Assembly: GCA_012295275.1 (NCBI GenBank)
Contig: CM022676.1
Coordinates: 3,410,001 to 3,474,000 of the forward strand
Reading direction: 5' to 3'
DNA: 64,000 nucleotides
From: Chrysomallon squamiferum
Lineage: Eukaryota > Animalia > Mollusca
Shown here piece after piece: positions 1 through 15,445 of this stretch. The translations under genes and the position numbers were made by a program. A model generated the notes under the pieces. It was not told the origin of the DNA and did not search any database. It worked only from the letters and a program-made list of their open reading frames with translations. Numbering within the stretch: position 1 is the stretch's first letter; the number at the start of each line of letters is the position of its first letter.

Positions 1-275
1 TTATTCAAACCATTATAAAGTCATACAAACACACACAGACAAAAGTACAAGCTTTATAATGCAAACAGAAATATACACACACACATATTCGATAAAGAAA
101 TGTATGATAAAGATAAAAGGTGTATAAAAATAAGGGGATATAACTCTATGACACTGAATACTAAATAGGTGTCGCTGATAAACTACTGCATTAGAAACAA
201 AAAGATCATTAAAAATATATTTTAAAATTTCTGTCTGTCTCTCTGTCTGTCTGACACACACGCATACTTTCTGTC

Positions 276-284
<9 letters not shown>

Positions 285-369
<85 letters not shown>
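285..369. repeat. (CT)n microsatellite
   Basis: pure CT run. Confidence 0.97.
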
Positions 370-373
<4 letters not shown>

Positions 374-526
374 TGTACGTATAAAATTATAAATATATGT
401 GTACATATTATATTTTGTTCACACACACAAACACCGATTGATAGACAAATAATGAGAGTGACTATATATAAGAAAAAAATATTAAATATATTTCACACAC
501 CCACACACTCACGCACACACACCCGC

Positions 527-606
<80 letters not shown>

Positions 607-1353
607 ATTTAAAGAAATAAAATCCTTTGCAATTTATATATACAGAGAGAGATTCCATTTTATATTTATTATTAGGTGAACGCTTTCTTTATTTACTCTA
701 TTGCATTTCTGTCTATTTGACTATTATGTAATTGAGTCATATATATGTATATATGTGTGTATATGTGTGTATATGTGTGTATATGTGTGTAGGTTGCTGA
801 TGTACTGATTTGAATTCATTTATATTCTAAAATCTTATTTGATTTTACTGATTAAAATAAAAATGCATTTAAAAATTAGTTTCTTTGTTAATTAAACATT
901 TTCTGATGATTATTTAAGTTGCATGTAACTTAATTACATAGCAAAATTTAAGAAAAAACACCAAAATAAGAGAGTAACATCCAGAATATATATATATATA
1001 TACAGATATATATATATATATCTATATATATATTTACATATCTAAATTATTTTAATATAATTGTGCTGACAAACAAAACATTAAAATAATGAGAAACTAT
1101 AATACTCCTACAGAGATAAAACACATACACACAGACACACACATACACTTACATATACATATATATATATATACTTACGTCTAGACAGTAATAAATATAT
1201 GTTTATTTATTGCAGTAAATTTTAATCATTAATTTATTTGCTTACAAATTTCTCTAAATATAATTACTCACAAAACATTTATATTTAAAATATATAAAAA
1301 TGTTTTAAATATGTAATGGTAAAAAAAAATATATATTAATCAAAGGGTGAATA

Positions 1354-1394
<41 letters not shown>

Positions 1395-2129
1395 TTTAAT
1401 TTAAAATTTAACGTTTGGCTCAACGGTTGTTTGTTTAATTTTATTTATAATTTTATTTTTTTAATAATTATTACATTTATTATGAATTATAATTTTAGTT
1501 GCTTTTTTCTTCTTTTTTTTTCTTTCTTTTTTTTCATTTTTTTTTTTTTTCTCCAATGATAATGAATTAACACACACCACATATAAACTGCAGAAAATAC
1601 ACTGAAGGGAACCGACATATTGAAACTTTTTTTCTTATTTTTAAAATATATTTTCAAAGAATTATATAGTTTATATTTTGTAAATCAACGGAATAATACG
1701 TCAGAACAACAAACTAATCATTTTAGTAACTTACGTTATTACGTCATAAGATAAATTATCTTTAAATCTCTTTTTAAACTGATATAAGCGTACAGATGGT
1801 AAAATTTCCTTTCAGTTTTTGCTCGCTTTCTGCTGTCGAACGTCGGCAATGTTCGGCAAATGTCGGATCTTTTGAACCAGACGTTTTCGATTGCTCTGTC
1901 TGGAAACTATGCAAATGAGTATGGCAGTGCGGTCGCACCCGGTACTACTTTCTTTTGCTGTATCCGTGCGCCGCTGTATGAAAATGTGGGAAATTGACCA
2001 ATGAAAATGTACTTCTGCCAGCAGATAGAAGTTCATTAGTATGCAGAAAGAATATTATAATGTGTAGGTATTTTCACTTACAAAATTATTTTTTTTTCGT
2101 TTATTTCATCTATTTGTCGATTTCTTTAA

Positions 2130-2184
<55 letters not shown>

Positions 2185-2343
2185 TGTCGTTGTTGTTGTT
2201 TATTTAATTTACTGCAATAGTTTCCAATCGTTTTTAAAAAAAAGTCTTTAAAACTTAAACTGATTTTTTGTAAATAAATTCTACATTAATAAAAACTATC
2301 GAAGTAGAAATAAGATAATATACTTTATATTATGAAGATATTG

Positions 2344-2391
<48 letters not shown>

Positions 2392-4109
2392 CGTTTTTGA
2401 GAAGTTTTCTGTAATTTTGTAATGCTGTATTTACGATTGTTAGTTTGAAAAAAAAAAAAAAAAGCTATTTTTATTTACACTTTCTAGGGAAATAAATAAA
2501 ACGAATCTAAATTAGTAATAAAATAAATAAAATAAAATATACAGAACTCACCCAAAATTTTGAATATATTCTATTTTAGATAATTAAATTCACGAATTAT
2601 TTCTTTTTTGTCGTTTTGACTATATACCACAGCAAACGAACATAAAAAAAAAAAAAAAAAAACACCCCAAAACCCTCGAAAAACAACAACAACAATTTTA
2701 ACAAAAAATGCAGAAATAACAACAACTGCAACAGCAACAATAATAAAATACTAATGACAAGACCAACAACAGCAACAACAGCACAATAATAATAATAATA
2801 ATAATAATAATAGTTGTTTATGATATTAACAACAACAACAACAACAATAACAACAACAACAACAACAACAATAAGCACAATAATAATGACAATAAGGTTG
2901 ATAATAGTATTAAAAATAACGATGATGCTGACGATGGTGACAGTGGTGATGATGATGCTTAAATGCAAAAATAGAAATTATGCTCAAATTTTGTTCCCAA
3001 ATTGTAAATAAAACAAAAATAAAATTGGGGCGTTGTCTTTGTGATCGCAGATCGTTGGATCAAGCCATGAATACCAAAGACCTGTTTAAAACTTAAAGCT
3101 TTAATTTATTATAGCTCTTACGTCGTTAAACTCTCATCTAAAGTTTTAACATTCTCAATATCGAAACGCTTTCTGAAAAACTATTTCAAAATGTATTCAT
3201 TCACTTATTTATTATCATTTTAGGCATCATATTGCGTAGAGAGAGTTCTGGAGAGAAAGAAAGTTTAGCGTGTATATTTATATTAATTTCAGTATTTTGG
3301 TCATTTAAAATTTCATAAAAATATTTCTTAGGTCATTCTTACGTTTAATTCAGAGTTTTATGTACAGTATGATTTATCCAGTATAAATAATTCAAATTGT
3401 TATTTTTATAATATCTAGCGAGATCATAATGGAAGATTTTTATAAAGAAATTTTGATTATATTTATACATTTCAATTTAGAATATTATTTTAGAATTACG
3501 TATTTTAGCAAAAATATGAAGAATTTACTTTAAAAAAATTTTAAAAAAAAACTCATTCATGAATATAAATTTTCAGTTCTGAAAAAAAGGTATTATAGAA
3601 TATTACTTTTTAGCAAATTATAAGTTTAGAATTTATATTTTAGAATAAACTATTATTATAAACTTTTTACATTTCAGTTTAGACAAAATTACTTTAGAAG
3701 GTACATGAACGGCTTAGAAAATTAGTACAGAAATGAAAAATAGAAACTTAGCTTAGAAATTTATATTTTCATTTTCATCATAAATAAGAACTTTAGCGTT
3801 ATTTTTAATACATGTTTTAGTTTTAATGTTTTTCTTTTCTTCTTATTATTATTACTTTTTTATTTTACTTCTTTTTTTTTTAGTTGAGATAAATAGATTA
3901 GAATTTATTTTAGAAAGGACATTATTTTCCAAAATTAAAAATCAGTGAATACAGACAGCTGAGAATTGTTTGTTTAGTAAAGAAAATTAATTTTTAATTT
4001 AAATTTGACTAGCGATAACTTTGTTAGAACTTTTCATTTTAAGAAAGAATAATTTTAAACTTTTATGCTTTCATAAAATTGATTAATTGTAATTGAAGAA
4101 CACAGTAAC

Positions 4110-4151
<42 letters not shown>

Positions 4152-4179
4152 GAAAATTATAATGATGGTGATGATAACG

Positions 4180-4235
<56 letters not shown>

Positions 4236-4447
4236 CGTTGTCATCGATATCATAATAATAATCAATCTACTGTTTTTATCATTTTAATCAAAGCGCTTTC
4301 TATAAATTTTTACTTTTAAAATAAACATTAATTTTGATTAATAAAAGTTTAAATTTTGTAAAATATGGAAAATTTGGAAAATATGATTAAGTTATATTAT
4401 GTGTTTGATTATATTTTAAGGGATTAATACAATAATAATTAAATAAA

Positions 4448-4509
<62 letters not shown>

Positions 4510-5594
4510 TTAAAACATAATCTAGATATATAACATGGAGATGAAAATAATATTTTTGTTTTTGTTATTTTGGTAGTTTGATATTCAAACCGGTTTTTAA
4601 TTAAAATGATTGTTTCGTTTTCTTGTTCATTAAGTTTAAACAATATAACTATGATAGTTTAATATAAAAATGTTATACTTATTTATTGATTATTAAAAAT
4701 TAAAATAAGTATAAACATAATATAATATTTCTTTCTTTAATTTTGTTGCAAAATATATATATTTCAAACATAATTATTACTTTTTATATAAACTTTTAAT
4801 TTTTCATATCTAATATTTTTTAATAAAATAAAATAAAATAAAACAAAAAATAAAAATATATATAAAAAATAAATAAAATAAAAAATAAAAATATTTTAAT
4901 TATCCACAACAATAATTATAAAAAGTGGATTATAATTAAGTAAAAATCTTACCATTTCAACTTACATAATAAAATGGTGATGTCAATATGGCGCTTCCAG
5001 GAGCCCAAGTCCTCTGATTAAGTCTTAAGGATGACATGCGCAGTCTAACTGACAAAACTGACCAATGAAAACGCTCCATTTTTCTCGGAAGGACTATTAC
5101 TTATTTTAGAAGTAAGGTGTTCGTGACCTAAGTTTTAAAGATAATTATATTAATATATATATATAATTTAAATATTTAAAATTACATTGAAAAGAAATAT
5201 ATGTAAAAATGTAATGCCTAAATAAGGCAATAAGAAGGGAAAAAAGAAGAAAAAGTTTGAAAAACTGTCAACAATTTAAATATTTTGATTAAAATTTTAC
5301 TTTTCTAAAAAAAAAAATTCTAGTTCTCTTTAATTTTTTTAAAATTTTTAAATTTATTTATTGATGTATATATAAGCATGTATGAACTCCTGAATAAATA
5401 AACATGTATATTAAAATATGTTCATACATATTATATATATGTATGCAACTATTCGCATGTATAATATGATAGAAAAATAGATGATAAAAATAAATGAAGT
5501 AATTTTACGGACAATTAGTTTGGGGGAAAACGTTATAAAAATAAATAAATGAAACAAAATTCATGAACTGTAAAAATCCTATCATATTTATTTG

Positions 5595-5659
<65 letters not shown>

Positions 5660-5765
5660 ATACACATATATATATTTTACTATTTATCTCTGCATGTTTA
5701 TTTGTCGATATATGGTACACTAAGCTATAAATAAATAACTCATTTGCAAACTTTGAAAAGTTTTA

Positions 5766-5858
<93 letters not shown>

Positions 5859-5955
5859 TTTCTTATTATTTATATTACAATAAATATATAATAAAACATG
5901 CAAATAACTGAAAAAAAAAATAAATAATAACAAAACAAAACAACAACAACAAAAA

Positions 5956-6022
<67 letters not shown>

Positions 6023-6472
6023 GTTGTTTTTATTGTTATAGTTCTGGTGATATAGTTGGAGTAGCTGCAGAAATGATAAAAATGATGAAGACATTGTTAT
6101 TATAATGATATTAACACTCAAATACAAATTCTGACGGAGGGATTAATAATGTTATAAGTGTTTACCTTATTTTATTTCCAGTCTTAGGAGTCACTTAAAT
6201 CGGATTAATGAAGAACAGTGATAATTTATCCCACAGTAACAAAAAAAAAACAAACAACGACTACAACAACATCAATCATAATTTAAAACCTATTAACATT
6301 CATTACCATAAAATGAATTATGATGACGATGATGATGATGACGACGATGATTATAAAATAACAGAAATACCAACAAGAACGGCAATAATGTCGATGTTTT
6401 TCCGTTTCTAAATTGTGATCTATTTCTGACTACTGATACCTAATTATTATAATGTTAAAAATAAAGCAGAAA

Positions 6473-6508
<36 letters not shown>

Positions 6509-6599
6509 GTTCACGCACACACACACACACTTCTGTTTTCTGTTTTCTTTTTTTCTTTTTTCTCCATCACTGTTATCTATATCAAAGTCAGGTTACTCT

Positions 6600-6649
<50 letters not shown>

Positions 6650-6881
6650 ATAATAATAATAATAATACATAATACATAATACATGATAATACCTAACAAT
6701 AAATAATACATAATATCCAAAGTAATATCAATATCATATTAAAAATTATGTTTTAATTTATATTTGCTTTATATAATTTATAATTGTGTTAGTAATTATA
6801 TTTGTAATTGCTTGGGGAAAACAGGAATAAATATAAGTGAATCTAATTATGACAAAATATTTAGTATTTTTATTTTCCTAT

Positions 6882-6924
<43 letters not shown>

Positions 6925-7067
6925 TATATTTATTTATTTAGTTATTTTCTATTATTATTGCTACTTGCTATTATTATTTATTAATTATTTTTCTTTTTCT
7001 TCTTCTTTTTTAATTTCGAAAATAAAACAGTGTGCTTGGAACAAGAAATATGTCAATAGTAATAATG

Positions 7068-7126
<59 letters not shown>

Positions 7127-7706
7127 AAGAAGAAGAGAAAGATGATGGTCTAGAAGCAAAATGCAACGCCAGCCACCAATACTAAAACAACAACAACAAC
7201 AACAACAGCAACAACAACAACAACAACAACAATAATAATAATAATAATAATAATATAAAAATGACTATGATGATGATGATGATGACGGCAACGATTCAAA
7301 TAAAACTGTGCAAACATACATTTTTTTTAAAAACTTTCGTCGCAAAATTATGAACTCTGAAAATAAGTCGATCTAACTTATACTTACCTGCTTTTCTTTA
7401 TGTTTTTTTTTTTCTTTCGTCATTTTTCTCTTTCTAAAAATTGTTAATAATTACTTAAAAACAGGAAAATCTTAAAGTTATTTCAAATGGATGTCAGAAA
7501 ATGGCGCGCAATCGTAAGTAAAACACTAACGAACAGAAAAACGCCTGGCGGAATCGTACTAACTTAACTGGCCAATCAAAACGTTTTATTTTCTCGATAG
7601 CAATAATGCTAATTTTAGAAATAGGTGTCGTTGACCTACGTATTATATATAAACAGCAGGGAGACATAGATATTATAGTGTATATATATATTACGTAAAT
7701 TTAATA

Positions 7707-7737
<31 letters not shown>

Positions 7738-8110
7738 ATATAGAAAAAATAAAATTATTTAATATTGTTTGTTTCTGTTTGTTGTTGTTTTTGTTTTTGT
7801 TGTTTCGTTTTTTGTTTGTTTGATAATAAGTTACAAAATTTAAAAATGCAGATATTTCGTAAAATCTCTTTACTTCATTAGACATAAGTAAAATTATTTT
7901 TTTTTTTTAAAAAATGTAAAAAAATAATTAAAATGTTTCGATCTTTGAGAAAATAATTTAAGCATTTTCCAGATTTGTCTAAGAAAGAAATTAATTGAAA
8001 AATAAAATATAACACATTATAATAATTTTATATATTCATATATAAACATACATACATACATGCATACATACATACATACATACATACATACATACATACA
8101 TACATACATA

Positions 8111-8280
8111 CGATGTCTTGATGGCCGAAAGGTAACATTGTCCGTCTTCGGAGTGCGGGCGAATGGGTGTCATACGTTCGAGTCTCGTCAGCGGCATCTG
8201 ACGGTTTGTGAGGTCGTGATTGGACTTTGTCCTCCTGTGCCAATGCGTTCCCGAATATTGTCTGTGTGCAGAGTCTACTC
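8111..8280 (+). mobile_element. tRNA-derived SINE-like element, copy 1
   Basis: A-box-like TGGCCGAAAGG, B-box GTTCGAGTC, tRNA-Ser/Leu-like head followed by non-tRNA body ACTTTGTCCTCCTGTGCCAATGCGTTCCC; homologous copy at 56251-56348. Confidence 0.7.
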
Positions 8281-9082
8281 ATACATACAGACATACAGAC
8301 ATATATAGACATAGATGCATGCATTCAAACAGAAAGACAGATATATTAAGCTACTTATATGTGGTATTAGTGCAACTGGTGATAATATAGAAGTAACATT
8401 AAAATATTATAAATTTCTAAAACAATTACTTTTTTTTTTTTTTTTAGTTTCGTGTTTGAAATATTAAATAAATTTTTTTATCTCTTTACGTCTGCCCGTT
8501 TCAGATGTTCGATTTTCTCTAATAAAAACAGATGTATATTTCTGTTACGTTCACGATTATAATTTAATTACTGCGTCCATAAGGATATATCTAGATAAAA
8601 TATCTGACTGTCTGACTGTCACAGATCTCGTCTGTCAGAGATAGCTCGTGCAAAATGAATCCCTCTGGTAATTTTCAATTTATGTTTTTTCGAACGCTTA
8701 ATGGAGATCATTTTCCGTGCAGACGACAAACTGCTGTTTTCATAAACTCTGAATACGGATACCGGTAACCTGATCAATTTTACTTCAGTCACGTGACCGC
8801 ACGAGCCAATCAGATTTCGGTGATCCGTATTAACCAATTATCTTTCTTTTTAACGCTATTAATATTTATTACGGCGCAGTTTCTTATGTTCTGTACAAGC
8901 TGCAAAGTCAAGTGGTTTCGCAAATGTCTTCAAGATTGTTAATCGCGTCCCGCCATTAGCTTCTTGTTTAAACTACGGAGATTTTCTCCACTTAGCTTTT
9001 TAACATACCTGCCAGCAGTTATAGTGTTATAGGCTTCCACATTTCGGTGAATAGAAATATATTTCCTATGTTGACGGAGAGA

Positions 9083-9157
<75 letters not shown>

Positions 9158-9797
9158 AAGAAAAATAAATTATGTGAAAGAATTATAAATACAATTACTG
9201 AAATCTAAGATAATATTTTTAATGCAATATTAATATTATTTTGGATATTTGTATTTATGTATATAAAAGGGGAAAAGTTTAACTGTAAAAGGATAAAACT
9301 ACAAATATCATAAAACAATGACAACAACAACAACAATATCTGGTTTATTTATCTTAAAAACTGTTATCTATACTGTTACGATTATTATTTCTGTAGTTGT
9401 GGCAGTAGTAGCAGTAGCAGTAGTAGTAGTTGTAGTAGTAGTAGTAGTAGTAATATTAAAATGATTTTATCTCAGAAGTTATAAGATATATGTCGCTGTA
9501 TTTCCCGTTCTAAATTATAATCTATTTCTGACTACTCAGGGAGAATTATTATTATGTTACCAGTTAAGCAGTAGATGAGTTACATGTGTGTGTCTTGTGT
9601 GTGTGTGTGTGTGTGTGTATGTGTGTGTGTGTCTGCCTTTTTTCCTCAATCTTTCTGTTCTTCTTTTTTTTTCTTTTTTTTTGTTCATTGTTTTTTTGTC
9701 GGTTATTCTTTATTTCATGCCTTCATTTTCTGTCTTTCGTTAGGCTGTTTCTCTAACACTTATTTATTTATTTATTTATTTATAATAATAATAATAA

Positions 9798-9847
<50 letters not shown>

Positions 9848-9953
9848 TAATAATAATAATAATAATAAAAAATAATAATAATAATAAAATAATAATAATA
9901 ATATAATAATAATAATGATAATAATATTAATCAATTAACAGTATGAGTCTCTT

Positions 9954-10006
<53 letters not shown>

Positions 10007-10109
10007 TTGAGATTCATTCATTGATTCATTCATTTTTAAATTTTATTATCTTCCACTTTTTATAACCAATTTTTAACTTTATTACTTTCTCGAACTAAAC
10101 CTAAATCAA

Positions 10110-10300
10110 ACGTCAGTACAGCGCCATTCCTCTTCTCGTTGAAAATTTATTAGTCTCCCTGGAAGCTCTAACGAAATGAAAGCTGCCGCCATTTTTATTC
10201 ATTTTCAAGTAGGTGACGTCATGGCTCGTTATCGATCGAGACGAAGTTCAATAACATAACGCAGATTTATTGCCGCAGTTTCGTTGTGCATCGTTCTTTT
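10110..10300. promoter_or_regulatory. Promoter-like island with YY1 and CRE motifs
   Basis: GCCGCCATTTT near 10185, TGACGTCA at 10214; a second YY1-like AAAATGGCGGCG near 11381. Confidence 0.45.
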
Positions 10301-10915
10301 TCACCCATTTTACCGAAGAGTGAAATAGAAATAAAAAAAAAAAATAAAATAAAATAAAATAAAATAAACAACACAAAAAGAAGAACACAACAACAACGGC
10401 AACAAAAAAAAAAAAACTGGTTTAATTTTTTTTTTAAAAAGAAAGAAAAAAGAAAGAAGAAGAAATGGTTTTATTAAAAGTGGGTTGTTCTCGCCCGTTT
10501 CTGTGACAGCCATGTTGGTGACCATGTTACAGCTGTGTCAAATACATTTACCAGTTTCGTCGATCTCAAGTAGAGAGAGAGGGGTAGGGGTTGGGGTTGG
10601 GGTCGGGGTCATTCAGAAGGACACACCCGGGACGATGGAGGAGCTGAAGGGTGCTGGGAGATTTTGTTTATGATGACAAAACTTCGTTTTCATTTAATTT
10701 AAAACTGGTTAGGTGTTAATGCAAAATGTAGCCTGTAACGTTTGATTAGTAGCTGTTTGTCACCGCTTATCTGTCTGTCTGTGTGTGTGTGTCTGTCTGT
10801 CTGTCTCTCTGACGGTCGGTACGTAGATTGGTCTGTCTGTCTGTCTGTCTATGTGCTTGCATTGTAGACTGTCTGTCTGTCTGTATATCGATCTATATAT
10901 CTGTTTGTCCGACAC

Positions 10916-11049
<134 letters not shown>

Positions 11050-11661
11050 CCCTCCCTCCAAGTATTTATCAGTCTGTCTCATTATCTATTTGTATGTATC
11101 TGTATGTATCTTTCTCATTCTCTCTTTATATAGTGTATAACCATTTCAGTATGGCTTTTGACTAAAATATATATTTTTTTTTAAAAAGGACAATTTAGAA
11201 CTAACTATCGTAACCTATAATCAGTACTCTTACAATTATAACTGTTTTGTTTTCAACATTACTTTCTTCAAATGTCAGTGCTCGCTCTTGCAGTGTCAAA
11301 CTAAATGGTCGATCGCTCAACATATTTTAAATCACACAGTTATTTTCATAGTTCTTTTAAAGTGAGCTGGCAACTAGAGAAAAATGGCGGCGAAATCATC
11401 CGCACGATCAATTGCTTTTTTATCGTTCTAATTTGTTATTAATTAAGACTCGACAGCTGAATAACAACAACAACAACAACCATAGCAACAAAACAAAAAC
11501 AATAAATAAATAATATCACAGAAGTATGCAGTATATATATATATATATATAATCCATTTAACCGTTTGGCAGAAGTACATTTTAAATATACAGAATGTCT
11601 TTCTCTGTCATTGCTTCGTCTTTTCTTTTTGTTTTTAATTTAATTATTTTGTTTTATTTTA

Positions 11662-11692
<31 letters not shown>

Positions 11693-12307
11693 TTTATTTA
11701 TTTCTATTTTATTTTATTTTTTTTTTTTATTTTTTTTTTTTTTTTTTTTTTTTTTTACTAATTTTTAAATTCTTTATTTTACTACTTGATTAGAAATCGT
11801 ACTAATGAAATTCTAGTGTAACTGTTTATGTATTTAAAAAAATCTAAAATAATTAATATTTCCATCCACAGTAAATCAATTTTTCGATCATATTGTAATG
11901 GGAAAATCAAATAATAGCGGTTAATAATTACAACTGATATTTCAGAATTTGACATCTATCTATCTATATAGCAGTTAATTTGATATAATTATGGCAGTGA
12001 TACATTATACTGAACAAAATAATTGTATAACCATGTTGTAATATAAAAACTGAGTGGTTGTATTGGTAATAAAGTTTAATTTATATGCACAAGGAAAAGA
12101 TGCACGCTTGCTTGTTTGTAAAAGGAATTACGGGTAAAACGTATAAAATAAATTAAATCACAATAGTATTAAAATAAATAATTAAAATAACGAACAGATG
12201 TAATATTTGTGGCATAAGTTGGAAAATAAATATATATATACTATTATTTTCATACAGACATCCAAGTAAGTATATAATACGCTGCAGCAAATAATAATAA
12301 TATTATA

Positions 12308-12371
<64 letters not shown>

Positions 12372-12651
12372 TAATTACTAATTAAGACAAAGAAAGAATA
12401 TTTAAATAAATAAATAAACAAATAATAAATAAATCAATAAATCAATAAATAAATAAATAAATAATAAAACGTTAATAAATAAAACAGTAAATAAAGAAAG
12501 TCAAAACGAAATTAAACATAAAAATTAAAAATAAAAATACAATAAAATAAAATAAAATAAAAGATAAACGATATATCTATATTTTCATGCTAAAATTAGA
12601 ATGAAGCGTAAAACAGAACTGACAATAAACTGTTAAAACGACATCTTATTA

Positions 12652-12705
<54 letters not shown>

Positions 12706-12935
12706 CATTATTATTATGTGGTTTTATTATTTTTATTATTGTTATTGTTATTATTATTATTATTATTTTTATTATTGTTATTATTAGTATTAGTAGTAGT
12801 AGTAGTATTAGTAGCAGTATCGTTGTAGTTGTAGTAGTAGTAGTATTGTTACTTTTTTTTTAATACGATGAGAAGTACAAACTACTAAAGCAGATTACGA
12901 AAATGTGTCTATCTGTCTGTCTGTCTGTCTCTCTA

Positions 12936-13016
12936 TCTGTGACTCATATAGCAGGTTAACCTAGTCATTTCAAAATCAGACTAATGTACGTACGTACGTA
13001 TGTATGTATGTATGTG

Positions 13017-13083
<67 letters not shown>

Positions 13084-13118
13084 GTGATAACCCAGATATA
13101 TTATTTGGTTAAACTCCT
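12936..13118 (+). repeat. Dispersed ~100-nt duplication, copy interrupted by expanded microsatellite
   Basis: ATATAGCAGGT(T/C)AACCTAG(T/A)CATTTCAAAATCAGACTAAT...ATGTGAT(A/G)ACCCAGATATATTA.TTGGTTAA shared with 16024-16122. Confidence 0.88.
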
Positions 13119-13668
13119 ACATGAATGATAGACAGTCATGCAGACAGACATATTTCTCGTTTCAAAATCATATATACGTATATATGTAATATATGTATGT
13201 ATGTATTTATGTATGTATGTATGTATGTATGTATGTATGTATGTATGTATGTATGTATGTATGTATGTATGTATGTATGTATGTCATAAGCATGTGTATA
13301 CTGTATTTTTAATAACAAATCGCTGTGTAGTTAATATGATAGAAATAATTATTGTGTTTTGACTGTAATTATTGTATATAACAGACTACGCATCCGGCAA
13401 GCCTTAAGCAGGAGGTGACCCGGATTTCAGTATTTTTCAGTTGTTGTCTATATACATTTCATTTCTTCTTCTTCTTCTTCTTCTTCTTGTTATTACTAGT
13501 ATAAAGACTAGTATAAAGGTTATCTTGATAAATACGTTAATGCGTATGAAAATACAGATATAAGCTTCTGTATATTCTTTAGTATACTGTAATAATTATA
13601 AATCGTTGTTGTAGTTTTTGTGACCATAATGTAATTTTTCCGTCATCAGGATTAGAAAATAAATAAAT

Positions 13669-13749
<81 letters not shown>

Positions 13750-14099
13750 AATTTATATTTGAATTTTACTTACAGTTACAAAATTAACTATTTCATTTAG
13801 TTTATTTATTTTTATTTAATTTGAATTTGAATTCGTTTCCTGATGATAAATAAGTAAATAAATAAATAAATAAATACAAGAAATTACGAATTTTCAAAAC
13901 TGAACATTTAGGTCAAAATATACGTAATATTTAACTAAAGTTTGTTCACATCTGAGTTATATTTATTTACATTCACAATTTATTTATTTATTATTTGCTT
14001 ATTTGCAGATTAAGCAAGAATACGAAATATTACAGTATTAAAAACAACATATTATTATTTATTTATTAAACGTCACGATCTAATATCATGTCTTTTCAA

Positions 14100-14400
14100 A
14101 CTTAGAATGCACGCAGTAGAGCGCACCACTTCAAGCCACGCCTAATTCAAAAGCTGACCAATCAAATCGCTGCATGTGTTTGACACCGCACACCTTCCGA
14201 TTAAAGCGCGCGATGTCACGCTGACATTTGGCGGGCTGCTGTCTAGTCACGTACGGGGGTAAAAAGTTCGCGCGTCTCGCCCGCACAGTTCGGCTGCTCT
14301 ATTGGAATGCAAATTTGGTCGTCTAGCGCAGCTCTTTTTCGTGGAGTCACATTTCTGTGGCTTGCTCGCGTTTTCATAGGTCTAGCATCGATACGTAGTA
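14100..14400. promoter_or_regulatory. CpG-rich promoter-like island ~1.1 kb upstream of PEX19 ATG
   Basis: GCCACGCC, CCAAT (14158) and ATTGG (14301), E2F-like TTTGGCGGG and TTCGCGCG, many CpG in AT-rich background. Confidence 0.6.
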
Positions 14401-14983
14401 ATACTTAGCTGAACAAATAAAAGTGTTTTAAAGAGACGATTGTTTTGTTTTGTTTAGTTTGTTTATTTATTTATTGTTAATTTGTTAATATATTGTTTTT
14501 GTTATTATTTCATTTTAATGATTATGATAGTATTTGTCGATATAATAATAATAAAATAATAATTATTATTATTATTAATAATAATTATTATTATTATAGT
14601 TATATTGTTGCTTATGTTTATTGTTGATGCTGACTTTTGTTAATGTTGATTTTGACGATAATGCTATTATTGCTGTTGGGGAAAACAAAGTTCAAATGAA
14701 GGGCTGTCGATTTAGGATAGTTTCGCCTCATGTATTTGTCGTTCCAACCTAACAAGGGTAAAAAGACGGCGGTATGTTTTATACTGTCAGTGGGATCGTG
14801 CACAGAATATTATATAAAATATTGTTTTCCCTTGTAAAGCGACAATATTAAATTGTATTCCACTACGCAAATCTTTTCGTGTCTGTACTGACCTTGTTCA
14901 TAATTGATATTATATACATGTGCATTGTCGTATGCAACAAAAGGATAGAAATTTGTGAGACACATCTTTAAATAAAATATTTC

Positions 14984-15018
<35 letters not shown>

Positions 15019-15131
15019 ACTGGTACATCTTATTTTACTATTACTATTACAGCTACCACTACAACAACATCCACTATTATTACTTTTACTACTACTATAT
15101 TTTCTACTTGTGGTGGTGGTGGTGGTGATGC

Positions 15132-15190
<59 letters not shown>

Positions 15191-15445
15191 CAACAACAAC
15201 AATAACAAAAATAATTTTATTAATGCAACTGCTTCTACTGATATTATGCCAGAAATGCTGGCCGTTACACGTAATCGAGAATAGACAAATGTTTGCGGAG
15301 AAAGATATAAGTATCACTTATTAACTGTTTGGTTGGAGATTTCTTTTTATAGATCTCTTAGATTTTGAAATCATTTTACTATATCTGTGTCATGTTTTCC
15401 TTGTCCATGGATCTCTATATTTATGTGAGGAATATACAAACGACA

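Noticed and set aside
3035-3140. Possible 3' fragment of another SINE (ACGTCGTTAAAC tail)
   Set aside because: Single short degenerate match with no second copy in the window.
7380-7390. ATACTTACCTG, identical to the 5' end of U1 snRNA
   Set aside because: Downstream sequence is not U1; it is simply the reverse complement of a consensus donor.
8111-8196. Functional tRNA-Ser/Leu gene
   Set aside because: Acceptor and anticodon stems do not pair well, no poly-T terminator follows, and it continues into a body shared with a second copy; treated as SINE.
13390-13430. Short ATCCGG...CCGGAT stem suggesting a small RNA
   Set aside because: Only a 6-bp closing stem, no family motif recognised.
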